Below are positions 23,301 through 37,115 of a DNA stretch of 64,000 nucleotides, piece by piece. Made by a program: the position numbers and the translations under genes. Numbering within the stretch: the stretch's first letter is position 1; each line of letters opens with the position of its first letter. Under the pieces are notes generated by a model that was given only the letters and a program-made list of their open reading frames with translations, had not been told where the DNA came from and did no database searches. Source of the stretch: Podarcis bocagei (lineage: Eukaryota); NCBI GenBank assembly GCA_964188305.1, contig OZ076886.1, one strand, 5' to 3'.

Positions 23301-26300
23301 TAGCCACCACTAGGGTGTTCATCTTTTAGTGAGGTTGGATAGGACTTTTCCTCCTTATTGGATATTTGGGTGAACATCTTAGGAATTTTGTATTGTACAT
23401 TGTTTTTCGTTTCTTAGTCACTTTTTACAAAAAAAAGTCTCAAACAAATTCAATCCATAATATAATAACACTACTAGTTTGGGAGAGGGCACAATCACAG
23501 GTATGTAGGATCTTGCAGGCTTTAAAGGTTACAACAAGCACCTTGCTTCTTAGATTAAGGTGGGATGAAGAATGGATTGTCTTGATCTTATGCCATCTAT
23601 GCTATCTGTCAGGTATATAGGTTCCTAGTACAGGTTGGCTAAGATCAGGGCAATCTTCTCTGTTTTTCTCACCCTAAAGCAAACACCCATTCCACTTATT
23701 AATGTGCTATATACCCAGGTTGCTTCTTGTTTCCCAGAGATCTATGGATACAACTCAGGAATTCATACACCTGACTTACACAGTCCTAATTACCCTGCAT
23801 TCCGTGCATCCTTGTTCTTTCCAGGAAGCAATTTGTAAAGAAGACTTAATGTGTGACTTGTCTTTTGCACTTGTACCAGCAACAGTTGCAAAATGGCACT
23901 AATTCCCAGTGTTGCCAAATTTTCAGAAATCAGGGGGAGAAGAGGAGGAGGAGGGAGCTGAAGAGGGAACAGGGTTTAGTGAGCAAACTGTGGCAGGAGG
24001 GAGTCCAGACTCACAGGAGAGGAGCTGGAGACAAGGCAGACTGCTAAAGAATCCAAGGAGTCCCCCGCCTTCTGCTGCAACCAGCTCCCCTCTCCCCTGG
24101 TCACCAGGACACACACCAGTCTCACCACCAATCCCCTGGCACTGAGCCTTCTTCCCTTGGGGATTCCCCAACTGGTGCCTCCCACCACTCCTCTGCAACC
24201 AACCAGTCCAGGACACATGTTTGCATATAATGTATCCATGCAGATTCAGTAACGCAGTCCAGATATACAGGTATTCTCCATCTGAAGAAATTAAATCGGT
24301 GACTCTATCCACTATCTCTTTTTCCATCTCACTTCTCTGGGTGACCTTAATTAATACAGATTCATTGGCTTTGGACCCTTAAGTTCTGCTTTCCCACTTA
24401 CGTTTTTCCACGCCAGAAATAACAGACATTGTTCAGTGGCAGAGTGCTAGGTTCAATTCCTGGCATCTTTAGTTAAAAGTTATCAGATAACAGGGCTGGG
24501 CAAGACCTCTGCCTGAGACCCACTTCCAGGTAGCGCAGACAATATTGGATGACATGGATTAGTGGTCTGGCTCAATAGGAAGCAATTCCATATAGTCATA
24601 TGTATATGACTTTCTGTTCCTGGAACAACTTCCACCTGATATAATTATCTCAGTTCAACAATACGCTATTTCTTAGACCAGAAACAAGCTGTGTGCACAC
24701 ATTCCCTCATCTCCTTTATCCTCCCATTCCCATCTTCCTTCTCTCATGCATCTTAATTCAATATTCATGGGGTTTGTTAAACCACAGTATTGCATGGCAT
24801 TGGAATCGGGAAGCTGTGATTTAAGCGGTCCCTACAAACCAGAAGATCAAACCACAGTGTGATGCTGAGTTGATACTCTGGTTTGTAGGAATTCCTTAAT
24901 CATAAGAAACTATGGTTTAGCAAACCTCAGAAGTATTAAATTGAGGTGCAAGAGAGAAAAGATGGGGGCATGTATGTCTGACTGTTACCCTGGGATCATG
25001 ACATCTAAACCTGGGTTGGAGAACCTGTGGGCCTCTGGATGCTACTGGGATACAACTTGCATCATTCCTAACTGCACACTGACTAAGGTGGAAGATGGAA
25101 TCCAAAAACATCTAGAGGCCATAGGTACTGAGCCCCTCGGTCAAGCAACCTTTCTCTCCTGCTTAAGAGCCTTCTTCTAACCACTTTCCTGGACCACAGT
25201 GACCTCACTTTTCCTGTGACGTCTGCTACAAGTTAATATTCCTCAGCTTAATCCTTCCTTTTCCATTTTGTTTGTTCCACGATTATAGTGCTAAGAACGT
25301 ACTGTTTTTAAAAATTAATGCATGCTGCGTTTGTAATGTAATCACCACTGGTTGTTTAAATATGATTTCTTTTTCCGTTGAGGAGCAAAATCTGCATGGT
25401 TTCAGTCCGCAGGCCGCTTTCTCAGGTTGTTGCATTGACTATCATCTGTTAGTCTGAGGTTGAATACAAATTCCCAGTGACCCACATTGATGCTGATTTG
25501 GCTAGCCAATAAATCAAACAATGGTGATAGTGAGAGTGTGAGTTGTTTCTGAAGCCAAAATGGCAGTAGAACAGCAGCAGGAGCAGGAAGAGGGAATGAT
25601 AGCAGTGAAAGAAAATGGGAACAGGGTACTGCAGGACCAGGAAGCTGAAGAGAGAGAGAACAAGCACCAAGGTTCAAGAGCGGTGAAATTGTGATTTAGG
25701 GAAAGGAATAATACATATGGGGCAGGTGGACTTAAGAACGCCTGAGCTGATGCTTTTGAAGTGGGTTTGAAGAACAGGGTTGTGACATGTAAGAGGTTCT
25801 TGTGGCCAAAGATGTCTTTGAGGCAGGCAGGCAGGCACTCTGTTGGCTGTCACTGGCAGCCTTTGCATAACCAAATTGGACGGTGGCTCCTTCAGGTGTC
25901 TGGTTCTCAAGAGTTTACAAAAACCGGGACAAAATGCTAGGGTATATCTGTTTTTAATGCAAGGAATCCTCCCTGTTTTTAGGAACTTGTGGTTACCCTA
26001 ATTGGCAGGTAAGAGAAACCTCACACCACTCCCAAGTTGCGTGATCCCTATGGAGGCTGGAAATAAGCATTTTCAAGTCAGCATAGCGAGGCCAGTGTCT
26101 GCCTTAACTGACAGGCTGTTTCTTATTTTAAAAGGGGAACACAATCTAGATTAGATTATTTCCTTTGTGAGTCCAGATCATTGTTTTACTGCTCCTTTCA
26201 CCCATTCTGAAATGCGTCCCTCTCCAAAGTCATCTATTTTGTACATATCTTTACAAAATCCTCTTTTGCTGAGCAATGTAGATTTGATCAATGCGCTACC

Positions 26301-28560
26301 CAATGAATGGGGTTGATCATATACGGGATCTGAGTGGGTTCGTGCCTCCTGTCTTTGTTTTCCTACACCTCTATGATCGCTTAGCCTTCTGAGCTTATTT
26401 TGTAGGCCATAAAAGGGAAACTATCCCTTAACTGCTGTTCTCCTTTTTTATTTATTGAACACACAGCAGGCATCACATTGAAACTGTGCAAAAAAGAAAG
26501 ATATCGATTCTGCCCCTCCCCGTCTGCCAAAAATAATTTGAGTATTAAGTCTGCCTCCTTGACAATTGCAACTGCATTTGTGATCTGTTACTGCTGCCTT
26601 GTTTCATTCCGCTCTTGCCCTATATTGAGAAATAAAACAGAAACACATTGAGCTCGCGTCGCACGCTGTTGCCACACTGCTGCTCTAATGGGCTTACTGA
26701 CCACAACCTACGGGGGCCAGAATGTGTCAACAGCAAAAGGGCCAACCTCAATCACTGCCTGTGCTTTTTTACTAAGTTGTTACATGTCTAATTCTTTGCA
26801 GCTTAGTGCTCCTGCTGCTCTGGCTGCTCCTGTCCAAGGCTCACATCTTGCAGCAGCCTTTCCTACCCCCTGTTGTGCCACAAAGGTCCCAGCAGGAAGT
26901 CTTTCAGTGGAGCAGACAAGCCACAGTCTAGAGCAAATAGGGCATCACAATTTCCTAATAAGATGACTTACCAGATTGCAGCCAGAGTGGGGTGGGGTGA
27001 CTCCGTACAGTTTTCATTTAACCACTTCCCTCCTCAAGCCCCAGGATTTCAACTTGTGTCGAAACCCTAAATCGAGCCCAAATCAAATGGCATTTTATTC
27101 CTTCACAAAGTGTTGAATCCTTAGCTTTGGCTGTCATAAAGCTCCATCTAGTCCTTTGCCAATCAATTAAATCTAGTAGTGACTGTCATCACTCCCTCCA
27201 TCGTAGGCCCCTTGGTGTCAAAGGGGACGAACTCTACTTAGAGTGGGGTGGGATGCGGAGAGGAAGTTCATTACTTACGATTGCCTGCTCAGGGCATTGA
27301 TTCTGCTTACGGAATGCCAGCGTCGAAGTGGTTAAATGACTTGAACATGGCTTGGTTTCCTGCCTGCACTTGTAGTGGCCTAAGGCGGTGCCTGCTGTTT
27401 AGGAGTGAAAGAGAGCGCCTTGCCTCGTCCCAGGTGGCAGACAGGCAAACCATGTTATTAAGAAGCAGAGATCGCAAAACCTTGATCTTCACAAAAAAAG
27501 GCCCCATAATTAGTCCCTAGCATGAGAATAAATGGCATTCCACATCAGCAAGGAAGGGAAAAAACAAGCCTCCTTCAGATTTCATTAAGTGATTGGTAAT
27601 ATTGACAGTTTTTAGGATCTCGCAGGGACCTCTTTGTTATTTGAGCCACTTCGGCTCCACACTTTCTCTTTCTACGGTGCTTTAAAGTTTAGGGACATGT
27701 TCCAGGAGCCTCACACTCTGGCTTTTAAGGGGAGATGTTGATGTCTTGATAAAGCAAGCCATATGGTCAAATGGAGCTGGGTAAATAAGTGCTTGTTTAC
27801 ACAGTGTGATCATCATCACTACCTTCTCTGAGCCTGATCCAAAGCTCAGCAAGCAGAAGCAACGCAGGACATTGCCTTTTGACAACCAAGGGATTTGAGG
27901 CAGGCTCATTCTGAACAATGTATTGATTCTGTAATGCCAGCTTCTGTTTTGCACTCAGGGGGGGAAATGACATATTGAAAAATATGCATTAGGCAAGCTT
28001 ACATTTCCACAATCTGTGTTTAGGGCTCTTGATATGCATATATAAATATATGAGACAGGGCAAATGTTGTTATGTGTGTGGTTGAGGAGCAGGAGTGGAA
28101 TCTATCAAGTCATGTCCATTTTACAGATTTGATTTACAGCCGTTCCCAGTAGGGACAGCATCCTGTCTAGGTAAGTCATCTAGCTTAGTCAAGAAATTGC
28201 TTGGTAACTTGCAAGGATACTCCTTCCCCCAAGAGTTTGATCCATTTCATTTTATGAATCTCCTGGGGCATCTACTGTTATTCCTAACTCAGATTAGTGA
28301 TTCTAGCCTTTTCTTCTTCTATTTTTTGGCAACCTGGGATGTTCATCAGACCCACAAACTAATTCAGGCACCAGCTGCAATTTTGCCTTTAGATCCTTTG
28401 TGCAGATGAACATAATAGCACAATGTATTGGAAACAAAAATAACAAGATGTGATAGAGCGTGTCCATATTGCCTCGTTGGGTGTGTTTTGCTGTGAAAAG
28501 CCTTTAAGTACTGCAGCCACCTCTCCCTTAAGAGGAAATTGTGAATCGTAGGCTGCGAAC

Positions 28561-28730
28561 ACACTGTACCTTTCAAACAGCTTTGAAGCACACTCTTTTC
28601 CTCAGAGAATTCTGGGCACTGTAGTTTACCCCTCACAGAGTTACAATTCTCTGAAACCCTTAACAAACTACAGTGCCCAGAATGCTTTGAGGGAAAGAAT
28701 GAACTCTGAAAATGCTTTAAAGATATAGTG
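28561..28730. mobile_element. palindromic MITE remnant
   Basis: Internal inverted arms ttctgggcactgtagttt / aaactacagtgcccagaa; related copy near 41195-41390. Confidence 0.6.
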
Positions 28731-31700
28731 TCGTAAGCATGATCTCTGTCTTTTATCTGTTTTTGTCTATAGGCTTTGAAAATGTCCTACCAATTTGCAC
28801 ACACCAAAAGCCTTATCTGGGGATTCTTTACCCTGCATGACTATGATCCCATGAGAGGAAGGTTGGGAGTTTTCTCCCTGGCCCTGCCTGCTTTATTGCA
28901 TCCCTGACAGAGTTTCCAGAGCTCTCCACTTCTGCAAACCCACCCTATTCATGTAAGCTTCCTACATGCTTTGGAACCCTAAAAGACCAGAGTTCTAAAC
29001 TGTGTGGACAACCTCCATGAGTTGAAAAGCCTCCCCACTGCAGAAGTAGACTCTTGAACACATGGATGGCTGCAAGAGCATCAAATGCAGTGCAACATAA
29101 GGAGTGTGGCCAGGAAATGCAACCCCCAAAAAGCTTCGCATTTACTGAATTGTTTTCACTAGAATCATATGAAGTAAATCCCCACCGTTCACATTTAACA
29201 AACAGTAAGTAAAGAAAAGTTGACTTGCTCAAGTCTGCTAAGCAGTCTTGTCTCCACTGAACCTCAGTTGCTCTTTAATTCTACAATGGCCTATGTTTCT
29301 TGTAAGTACTCTATGAAATGACATGCACTAGTAAACAAAATATTTCTATTACCGTATAATAATTTAAGAATAATGTTTTCTTTCTATAGTACATAAGTTT
29401 TAAAGCTGCCCCTTTTGAGTACAGATTGGTAATGCTGATGTACTAACATTTCCAAATACTGATGGAATTTATTTCATTTGTTTTTATTTGATGCATGCCT
29501 AAATTACCAAGCCTGTGTTGCTTTCCGGATTTAGCATTTTCTGGATAGAGCATGCCAAGCTTTGTGTACAATTCAAATGAAGAGATTTCCTTCACTTTTA
29601 CTTAAACCTGTGAATTTTTATTGATCTGAGAAGTAAAAAACAGGACACCCAAACTTTGGTTGATTTACTAGGTCTAAACAATAAAGACTAACATCAGTTT
29701 TGACAACAAACAAAACCAGTTTCTGTTCTATTGGTTATGTTTAAAAGATTTCAGTTTCAAACCAAACAGAACTTGTGGTTATTCTGTCAGATATTTATAT
29801 AGCCACGGGGGCGCCATAGTCATGCACCGCATACATCATTGTATTTTTAAAATGTACTTAATGAACATTTTTTTTTCTCTTCTGGTAACTACTTCATTGC
29901 CTTAAATGAATGCATTCCATTAGAATTTGTAACAAATGAGTACTTTGTGTTTGCATTAATGCCAAACACGTTTAACAAATTTTTAACAAGGAACCCTGGC
30001 AAGAAGCCAAACTCCTAGAGGGACACTGAAGGAATGCTATAAATTTAAACTGGATTTTACCTTTTCACTTAACTCAGCAAGTGTCTTAGGTGTCTTTGGC
30101 ATCTTGGTATTTGCTGCTTTTCCATTTCGAGTTAGCTGAAATTTTGTATTTGGGGGGGGGGGGCAGGTCAAAATTCTTTTCCATAGCTAGTTCTGTTTGT
30201 TGGATACTTTTTAACACACATGCAACTTGAAGAGGAATCCTTGGTTATTAAATTGGAACTTTGATTAAATGTTGTGCTTGCGCGGTTTTTGCACTTGCGA
30301 AACTATGATTTTGAGCAAACTTCATTCACAATGGGAAACCTCTGTATGTTGGGACCAAGACTGCTTTAAGTCACGTCAGATCATACACTGCCATTAGGAA
30401 AAAAATCACAGTTTAGATTTATTCAGAAAGCAAACCCAGTAATGGTTTTCGAAAACCTCTTGATGCTGTGTCTTGTGTTCACAGCTGGGTTGCAAATTTC
30501 TGATGATGTTTGCAACTGCAGTTTTCTTGGGGGAAGCCAAGAAAGCAGCCAAGCTGCTCCGAAGTGATGATGACATTGTTGGCTGGAATGGTGGGACTCC
30601 ATTCCACAGGGTCATGTCTTAAGTAGTCCCACGGGAATCAGGTATGCTGCAATGTGGGCTGGCGCTGTGAAGTTAATAGGTAGTTTCCAAACCGCTTGGC
30701 TACTTTGCAGAGAATGCTTCACGGAGAATTTCTAACATGCTGGGTTACCACACAGCATTTTATAGGGAAGCGGGGAAAGGAAGCACAGAGGCTACTAGGC
30801 CACATGCAAGGAATCCTTGCAACAGTGGGAGGGTGGTTAACAATGTGGCGGCCGGATTTCAGGCGTGTGGTGGGTGACCTGAAGCTGCCTGTTGGGATGG
30901 GAGGAGCAAGGCTCTTCAGAAGCTGGGAGACACGGACCACACTGTGAGGGGCCTGGTGGATGCAGCAGTGAGAATGGAATGTGAAGGGGGGACCAGCAGC
31001 ATCCACCAATCACAGTGCTGCGTAGGAAGAGAGCAAGGAAGCATCAGATAACTCCAGGTCAAATTTGGGGGACAATCTGATACAGGGAGTGGTGGTGCCC
31101 TTCAGCATAGGGATGGGGGAAGATGGTGGCTTTCCAGAAATATACTGGAGGGGGGTAGGAAAGAAAGAGGATAATGATGGTGATAATTATAATAAAAATG
31201 AACCACCTGTTCATTCCTTTCACTTCTTTGGGCTTTCGGACATAGGTTATGTGCATGTGCATGTGCATACAAAAACAGAACCAAAGAAGGTCATTGTAGG
31301 TCAATGTTGTTATTATTTTTTATAAAAAGCTCTTTTTCCCATTAGCAGTTTTGCACAAGACAACTAAATAATAATAAAGATTTGTGCATGCCTTGTGCTG
31401 GGCTTCCTACCCCAAGGAGTGAGGCAGCCTCCTAGAGAGCTGGTCTATCCGCTCTGCGTGGAGTGCTCACTGTAGAGCAACCCCTCTCTCACAGTAGATC
31501 ACTTTTATGGGGAGGAAAATCTGCAGCCTGCCAAGGAGTGTCTTGTCGTCATAAAGAACAGCTAGACAGAAGGAGGCATAGGTGCCTCCGATCTTCAGAC
31601 CCTTCCTCCAGCGCTGAAAGTTTTGGCTCTGAGAAGGTTGCTCTCAGCAATGGTTAGACAGTAGAAAGCAGCCAAGGAAACGTCACCAGACACGCAAAGA

Positions 31701-32488
31701 GCTGTCCACAAACACTTGAAGCTAATGTGTGCTTCAGTGCGTCCACAGCTGGGCAAAGTGTGAAGACTTGTAGGATTTTGTCCCAGATTGGTTTATGTAT
31801 GGATCAGCAGCTTGCAGATCCAAAGGCAAAAAAGTGCAGATGAGAGAATGTCATGTAGATGCTGGGGAAATCCCGCAGGCATGAGGAGCTTCAAATCCAC
31901 ACTGAACTGCCATGTGGAAATGGCCTAAGTCATGCTTAGCAATCAGCGCATTACTCCTTTCAAATATTGTCTGCTAATAATAGGGGGATATAAGAATTAG
32001 CAGTGGGAATGAACTCCTTTCAGGCAAGAGTAAGCTGTTGTTCTTGTGTCATCATATTCTTATGCCAGGGAAAATGCAGAACACAAACTCAGTGATTTTA
32101 CACTCCAAGCACAATAATGAATGTGCTTTCTTCAGTAAAGAGAGCTGACAGCAAATTCAGGTGACACATTTAAATATATTAAGACAAAATGACAATGAAG
32201 TAACCTAATATTGTATGAATGGTAGTTGGATAGTCCCAATGCTTAATTAGATATCAATTTCCCAGTAATAAAACCGTTGTTTATATTGATAAAATTATTT
32301 ATAGGACACCTTTTGGGACATAGCTCACCAGGGTGACTCTCATTGTCATAAACGCAAAATAAATATAATGATATGAAATAATCACAATTAGTGGCATAGT
32401 AATTTTTTTTAAAGACCAGTTAGAAGACTTAAAACAAAGACTTATAGAACAATTGAGCAGAACTATGCTTTAAACTAACTTTAAAATT

Positions 32489-32489
32489 A

Positions 32490-32546
<57 letters not shown>

Positions 32547-32812
32547 GAATTGGTTAGTTGCTTTATCTTGCCCAGGGCCACCCAAAGCAACTTACAACCA
32601 AACAGACAGTCAGACAACCCGCCCCCCACAAAGATACATTAATGCTAAGAGAAAAAGGAATACATTAAAAACATCCCGTCCACTTCAAAAAGGGCACAGA
32701 TAGTTAAAGGCCAAAGGCCTTATTATAGAGGAAAGTTTTTGCCTTGCACCTAAAGATGGACTGAATAATGAGGGCGCCAGGCGAGCCTCCCTGGGGAGAG
32801 CATTCCACAAAT
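32489..32812 (-). mobile_element. L2 3' fragment with (TAAG)n tail
   Basis: Minus-strand peptide LWNALPREARLAPSL; (TTAC)n array at 32489-32546. Confidence 0.7.
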
Positions 32813-35090
32813 GTGGTTTATGATTCTGGCTTGTTCCAAAGCTGGTAACCATAGTTTCCCAGTACATATGAAATGGGAAACTGTGGTTAATTAGAGACTT
32901 CCTGGTTTAATCCCAGGGCACTGAGAAGGGAGGAGTGAAGGAGCTGCAGGCACGGACAAAAGGATCATTCATTTCTTGGTTTATTAAATTCAGTTTTGAC
33001 TGCCCAAATGCAGAAATCTATCCCCTACCCCCTGCCCCAGTCTTTCGCTTACTTCCACGTCAGTTGTTTGCCTTCTATGTGGGCCCCATGTGTAATATGT
33101 CAGAAGAGGACACTTTAGAATTTTGTTAATGAGTTTCTCTTGCCGCAAACATTTGGAAAGCATCTGGAACAGAATGGACATTAACCCAGATGTCAAAAAT
33201 AGCCTGCATTTTACTACCGTTATTAAACAGCTTCCCCTTTCACCCGTTTGTGTTTACCCTATCCCTCTGCTTCCTTCTGCAAATCACTCTGGAAAGGAAA
33301 GGGATGGAGGTACCAAGTGGGTTCGTCAGGCAGCAGGTGTCTTTATTCCAAAGAAAAACGATCTGAAGAACAGCCGCAAACTATAGGACCCTTTTGCATC
33401 CTTCTGTTCCCAACATGCAGTATTTACTCCGCAGTGCTGGTGCTGAGTGTCAGTCGCTTTCACCAACGTCTCCTGAAGGTGTGCTGTGCTTTAGAACGGG
33501 GTCATTCTTTGCGCTTCCGTGTGGAAATCTGTTTTAGAGCCTCAGGTGTGCTCATGCACACAGGTTTGGGGCAACACAGGTATGGGGCCTAATCCAGAAT
33601 TCCAGCCTATGGAAGAGTGCCATTGCCCCTACATAGAAATATGTGGTCCTGGTGCTAGAAACCCTGAGCCCTGGCATACAGTCTTTCTCTGTACAACCAG
33701 GGTGGGGGAATCGATGACCCTTCAGATGGTGTGGACTCCCATCAGACCCATCCAGCAATGGTGCAGTTTCTACAGCAATGTCATACAGGTTGTCAGGCGT
33801 CTAGTTGCACACTGAGGGCAACTAGAGAGAGAGGAGTACTGGCAGTGGTACCTTGTGAACGGATGCTTCCCTCAGAATGTGACCCTAAGTTACTTACTAG
33901 GAAAATAGGTTCCCCTGAAATCACTGTATGAGTAGGTGCTTTGTTTATGACTGGAATGTGTCAGCGTTGTGTGTTCTGCATATACAGTAACCGGAGAGAA
34001 TGATGCAAACTGCATTTAGTTCTAGCAGGTGTTGGAAAGCAAGATTCTTCTTCCTCCCTCTTGCACTTCTCCATTTCTCTTTTTGTAGAAATGTGTGCAA
34101 TTTCTCGATGAGTGGATCAGCCGATAGAGAAGAGGTTCATTCAAGTATTTTGATATTGTTTGCTGAAGTCTGAAGGGGCAGCTAAATAACAAATCTGCCT
34201 TCTGCATTTTATTGCTCGTCCTCGTTCCTTTATCTGAGCAGAATGTTTGTTTCAACAGCCTCAGTGAGTGTGAAGGGATGCTTCAGCTTGTAAAACATCA
34301 AAAACATTGGGAAATTGCAAACTTGTTTTATTCAGCTCCCAACCTGGTGCAAAGGGGGGGAGGGAGGGGTCATAGATGGTTCTTATAGTTGGAACATGTG
34401 CTTCTTGTTAATTCACATGGGTGCTTCCTGTGTATATATATCTCTTGGAGTAATCCTTGGTGCCCAAAGAATGGGAACTATGTAGTTTGCAAAATGCAAA
34501 GTGTGTTACAGTTTTCATAAAAAGTTTGCAAAGGTTTTATGTGCCAGAACTAGTAACTTGATCTACTTCAGGAACTCCCAAACTTTCCAGCTCTGTGGAA
34601 ATCACTTCTTCTTGTGCCAGAGTTGGATCCAAACTTGTAATGAAGTCAATGGGAATCTCTCCATTAACATGAAAAGGTTTTGGATCAGGCCCCAACAGTG
34701 TTAAACAGTTTGCAGTTTTCATTTACTTCTCCAGTATAGATGATAAACCAATAATTCTGCTTGAGAATAACCTCAGCTAATTACTTAAAAGTACGTGTAA
34801 TTCAAATACTGTTATTGTTGTTGTTGTTGTTGCAGCAGCTGTTGTTTAATGTTTTAGTTTTGCAGGCTTTTACAGTTTTAACGGGATTGGATTAATGCAA
34901 AGGATTTAGATGTGCGAAGTATGAAATATTGGGACATATTGGTGGCAATTGTAGGGTTAGCACATTGAGTGTCAACAGGAGAGATAGGACTATACCAGCT
35001 CCAAGTTTCTATGACTCTTGACCTGGATTCATAGTCCCAAATAGTTTTCTTTCTGAGAATTCAGAAAATACTATTTACCGCATTCCATTT

Positions 35091-35093
<3 letters not shown>

Positions 35094-35131
<38 letters not shown>
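35094..35131. repeat. (CA)n microsatellite
   Basis: Directly visible. Confidence 0.95.
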
Positions 35132-35133
<2 letters not shown>

Positions 35134-35159
35134 CAGGGCTAGCAACTTGAAAGGTTATA

Positions 35160-35389
35160 CAGTGGTACCTTGGGTTACAAACGCTTCGGGTTACAAACAC
35201 TTTGGGTTACAAACTCCGCTAACCTGGCAGTAGTACCTTGGGTTGAAAACTTTTCCCCAGGATGAGAACAGAAATTGCGCGGTGGCAGCGGGAGGCCCCA
35301 TTAGTGAAAGCACACCTCAGGTTAAGAACGGTTTCAGGTTAAGAACGGACCTCCAGAACAAATTAAGTTTGTAACCTGAGGTACCACTG
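35160..35389. mobile_element. Tc1/mariner (Tigger-like) MITE, same family as 183-413
   Basis: cagtggtacct...aggtaccactg TIR, TA flanks, colinear with 183-413. Confidence 0.85.
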
Positions 35390-36259
35390 TACATCATCTC
35401 TATATTATGTAACCCGATGTAAATTGTCCTTGTATGTTGTCACATGTGTATTTTTTAGGACAAAGAAAAACTTTTAAAATAATCTTTTCAGACACATCAT
35501 TTATTAAAAACTACAGGGAGAAGCATGTTATTCTCAGTGTTGTACTATTCACAGACATATTGGAAATGCATTTTATAACAGCATACGGATACTGTTAGGT
35601 AATTCTATGGATAATGTCTGAACCGCAGACTTACTTTTAACGTGCTAATAAACTGTGAAGCATTCATTTTTAATTTTTTCCTGTGTGATGGAAGGAAAAA
35701 AGCATTCTAAATAAGACTATTTCCAGTACTGAAGTAATGCATATTGTTTTTAGAATAAAGAGGGAAAGACTATACCTTGATTTTACACTTTGCTGCAGTT
35801 GGTTAGGATCCAGATTTCTAATTTATGTCACTTATCTTTGGGGAAAGGCTGTGGAGTCTACAATAGTTATTGGCATAGGTAGTACAATACTGAACCAAGG
35901 TGTCTTTGAAGCAGAAATGTGCTTTAAATGTATGGTTTGTACACAGCCCTTGATAGAGCTGCATCAATCTCTAAAGCTATATCTATAGATGTGGTCTCCA
36001 TGGCCAAGAGCACAAGTCTTCAACTGTGCCTTTCCTGGACAAGGATAGCTTAGCCACTGTGCCTCATGCACTGAGTGACAACTGAGACTATTTTAGTACC
36101 TTCTGTGTGGAGCTTCCCTTATGACTGGTTTGGAGGCTGCAACTGGGGCAGAATATCATGACAGGTGATGAATGGTGCCCCTTACACTATCTTCACCCCT
36201 GTATTCAACTGGAGTCAAAATGTCTACAGTTCTGGCTTCTGATGCTTTACTACATCAGC

Positions 36260-36598
36260 TTCCCTACACCACTTTCAACTTGAATTTAGCCTGATCTTTT
36301 ATTCCCCTTCCTTCCCTCCCCCTCCCCTTTTTATGAAGATTACCCGCTCTGGGATCCCACAGCTAATTCTCCCCTGGCCTCCTTGCTGGCCCAGATAGGA
36401 CTAATTTAGCCAGCTAGCCCTGGTGATCATCTAATGTTTATTGGGTGGATTTTCCCCTAAATTGATTTTAGAACTTTAAATTTATTGTTATTCATTCTTT
36501 TATACTGGTTTTTGTTGTATCACAATTAAGTGTTTTAAATTTGTTGTTAGCTGCTCTGAGCCCAGTTTTCTGAACCGGGAAGGGCGTGGTACAAATAA

Positions 36599-36650
<52 letters not shown>
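36260..36650 (+). mobile_element. L2-type LINE 3' UTR with (TTA)n tail
   Basis: Ends ttagctgctctgagccc...gggaagggcgtggtacaaataaa followed by (TTA)n; 5' boundary approximate. Confidence 0.55.
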
Positions 36651-36651
<1 letters not shown>

Positions 36652-36813
36652 ATGGGCTGAATCCCAAGAATGTTCGACAAGTAGAATGACTTCTGCTCAT
36701 TCCATGCAGCTTCCTTTCCTCCTCCTCCAGGGGTTGTAGGAACCCCCCAGAGCAGGGGTGTTGGTTTTTGTTTTTTTGTTTTGTTTTTTTGAGGGGGTGT
36801 ACAGGCTATATTA

Positions 36814-37115
36814 GGGATGCGGGTGGCACTGTGGGTTAAACCACAGAGCCTAGGACTCGCCGATCAGAAGATCAGCGGTTCAAATCCCCGCGACGGGGTG
36901 AGCTCCCATTGCTCAGTCCCTGCTCCTGCCCACCTAGCAGTTCGAAAGCACGTCAAAGTGCAAGTAGATAAATAGGTACCGCTCCGGCAGGAAGGTAAAC
37001 GGCGTTTCGCCAGAAGCGGCTTAGTCATGCTGGCCACATGACCCGGAAGTTGTATGCCGGCTCCCTCGGCCAATAAAGCGAGATGAGCGCCGCAACTCCA
37101 GGGGTCCCTTTACCT
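36814..37115 (+). mobile_element. Sauria SINE with two internal deletions
   Basis: tRNA-like head (ggttcaaatccc), conserved body, ccctttacct tail, 13-bp TSD tacaggct(a/g)tatt at 36800-36812 and 37116-37128. Confidence 0.9.

Noticed and set aside
23923-24327. ORF MEKEIVDRVTDLISSDGEYLY...
   Set aside because: It runs into repeat-like sequence, has no convincing splice sites and no recognised homology
25363-25440. Resemblance to the MALAT1/NEAT1 triple-helix U-rich motifs (tttctttttcc...tttctcaggttgttgc)
   Set aside because: No downstream AAAAAGCAAAA tract or tRNA-like module, and the second U-tract is broken
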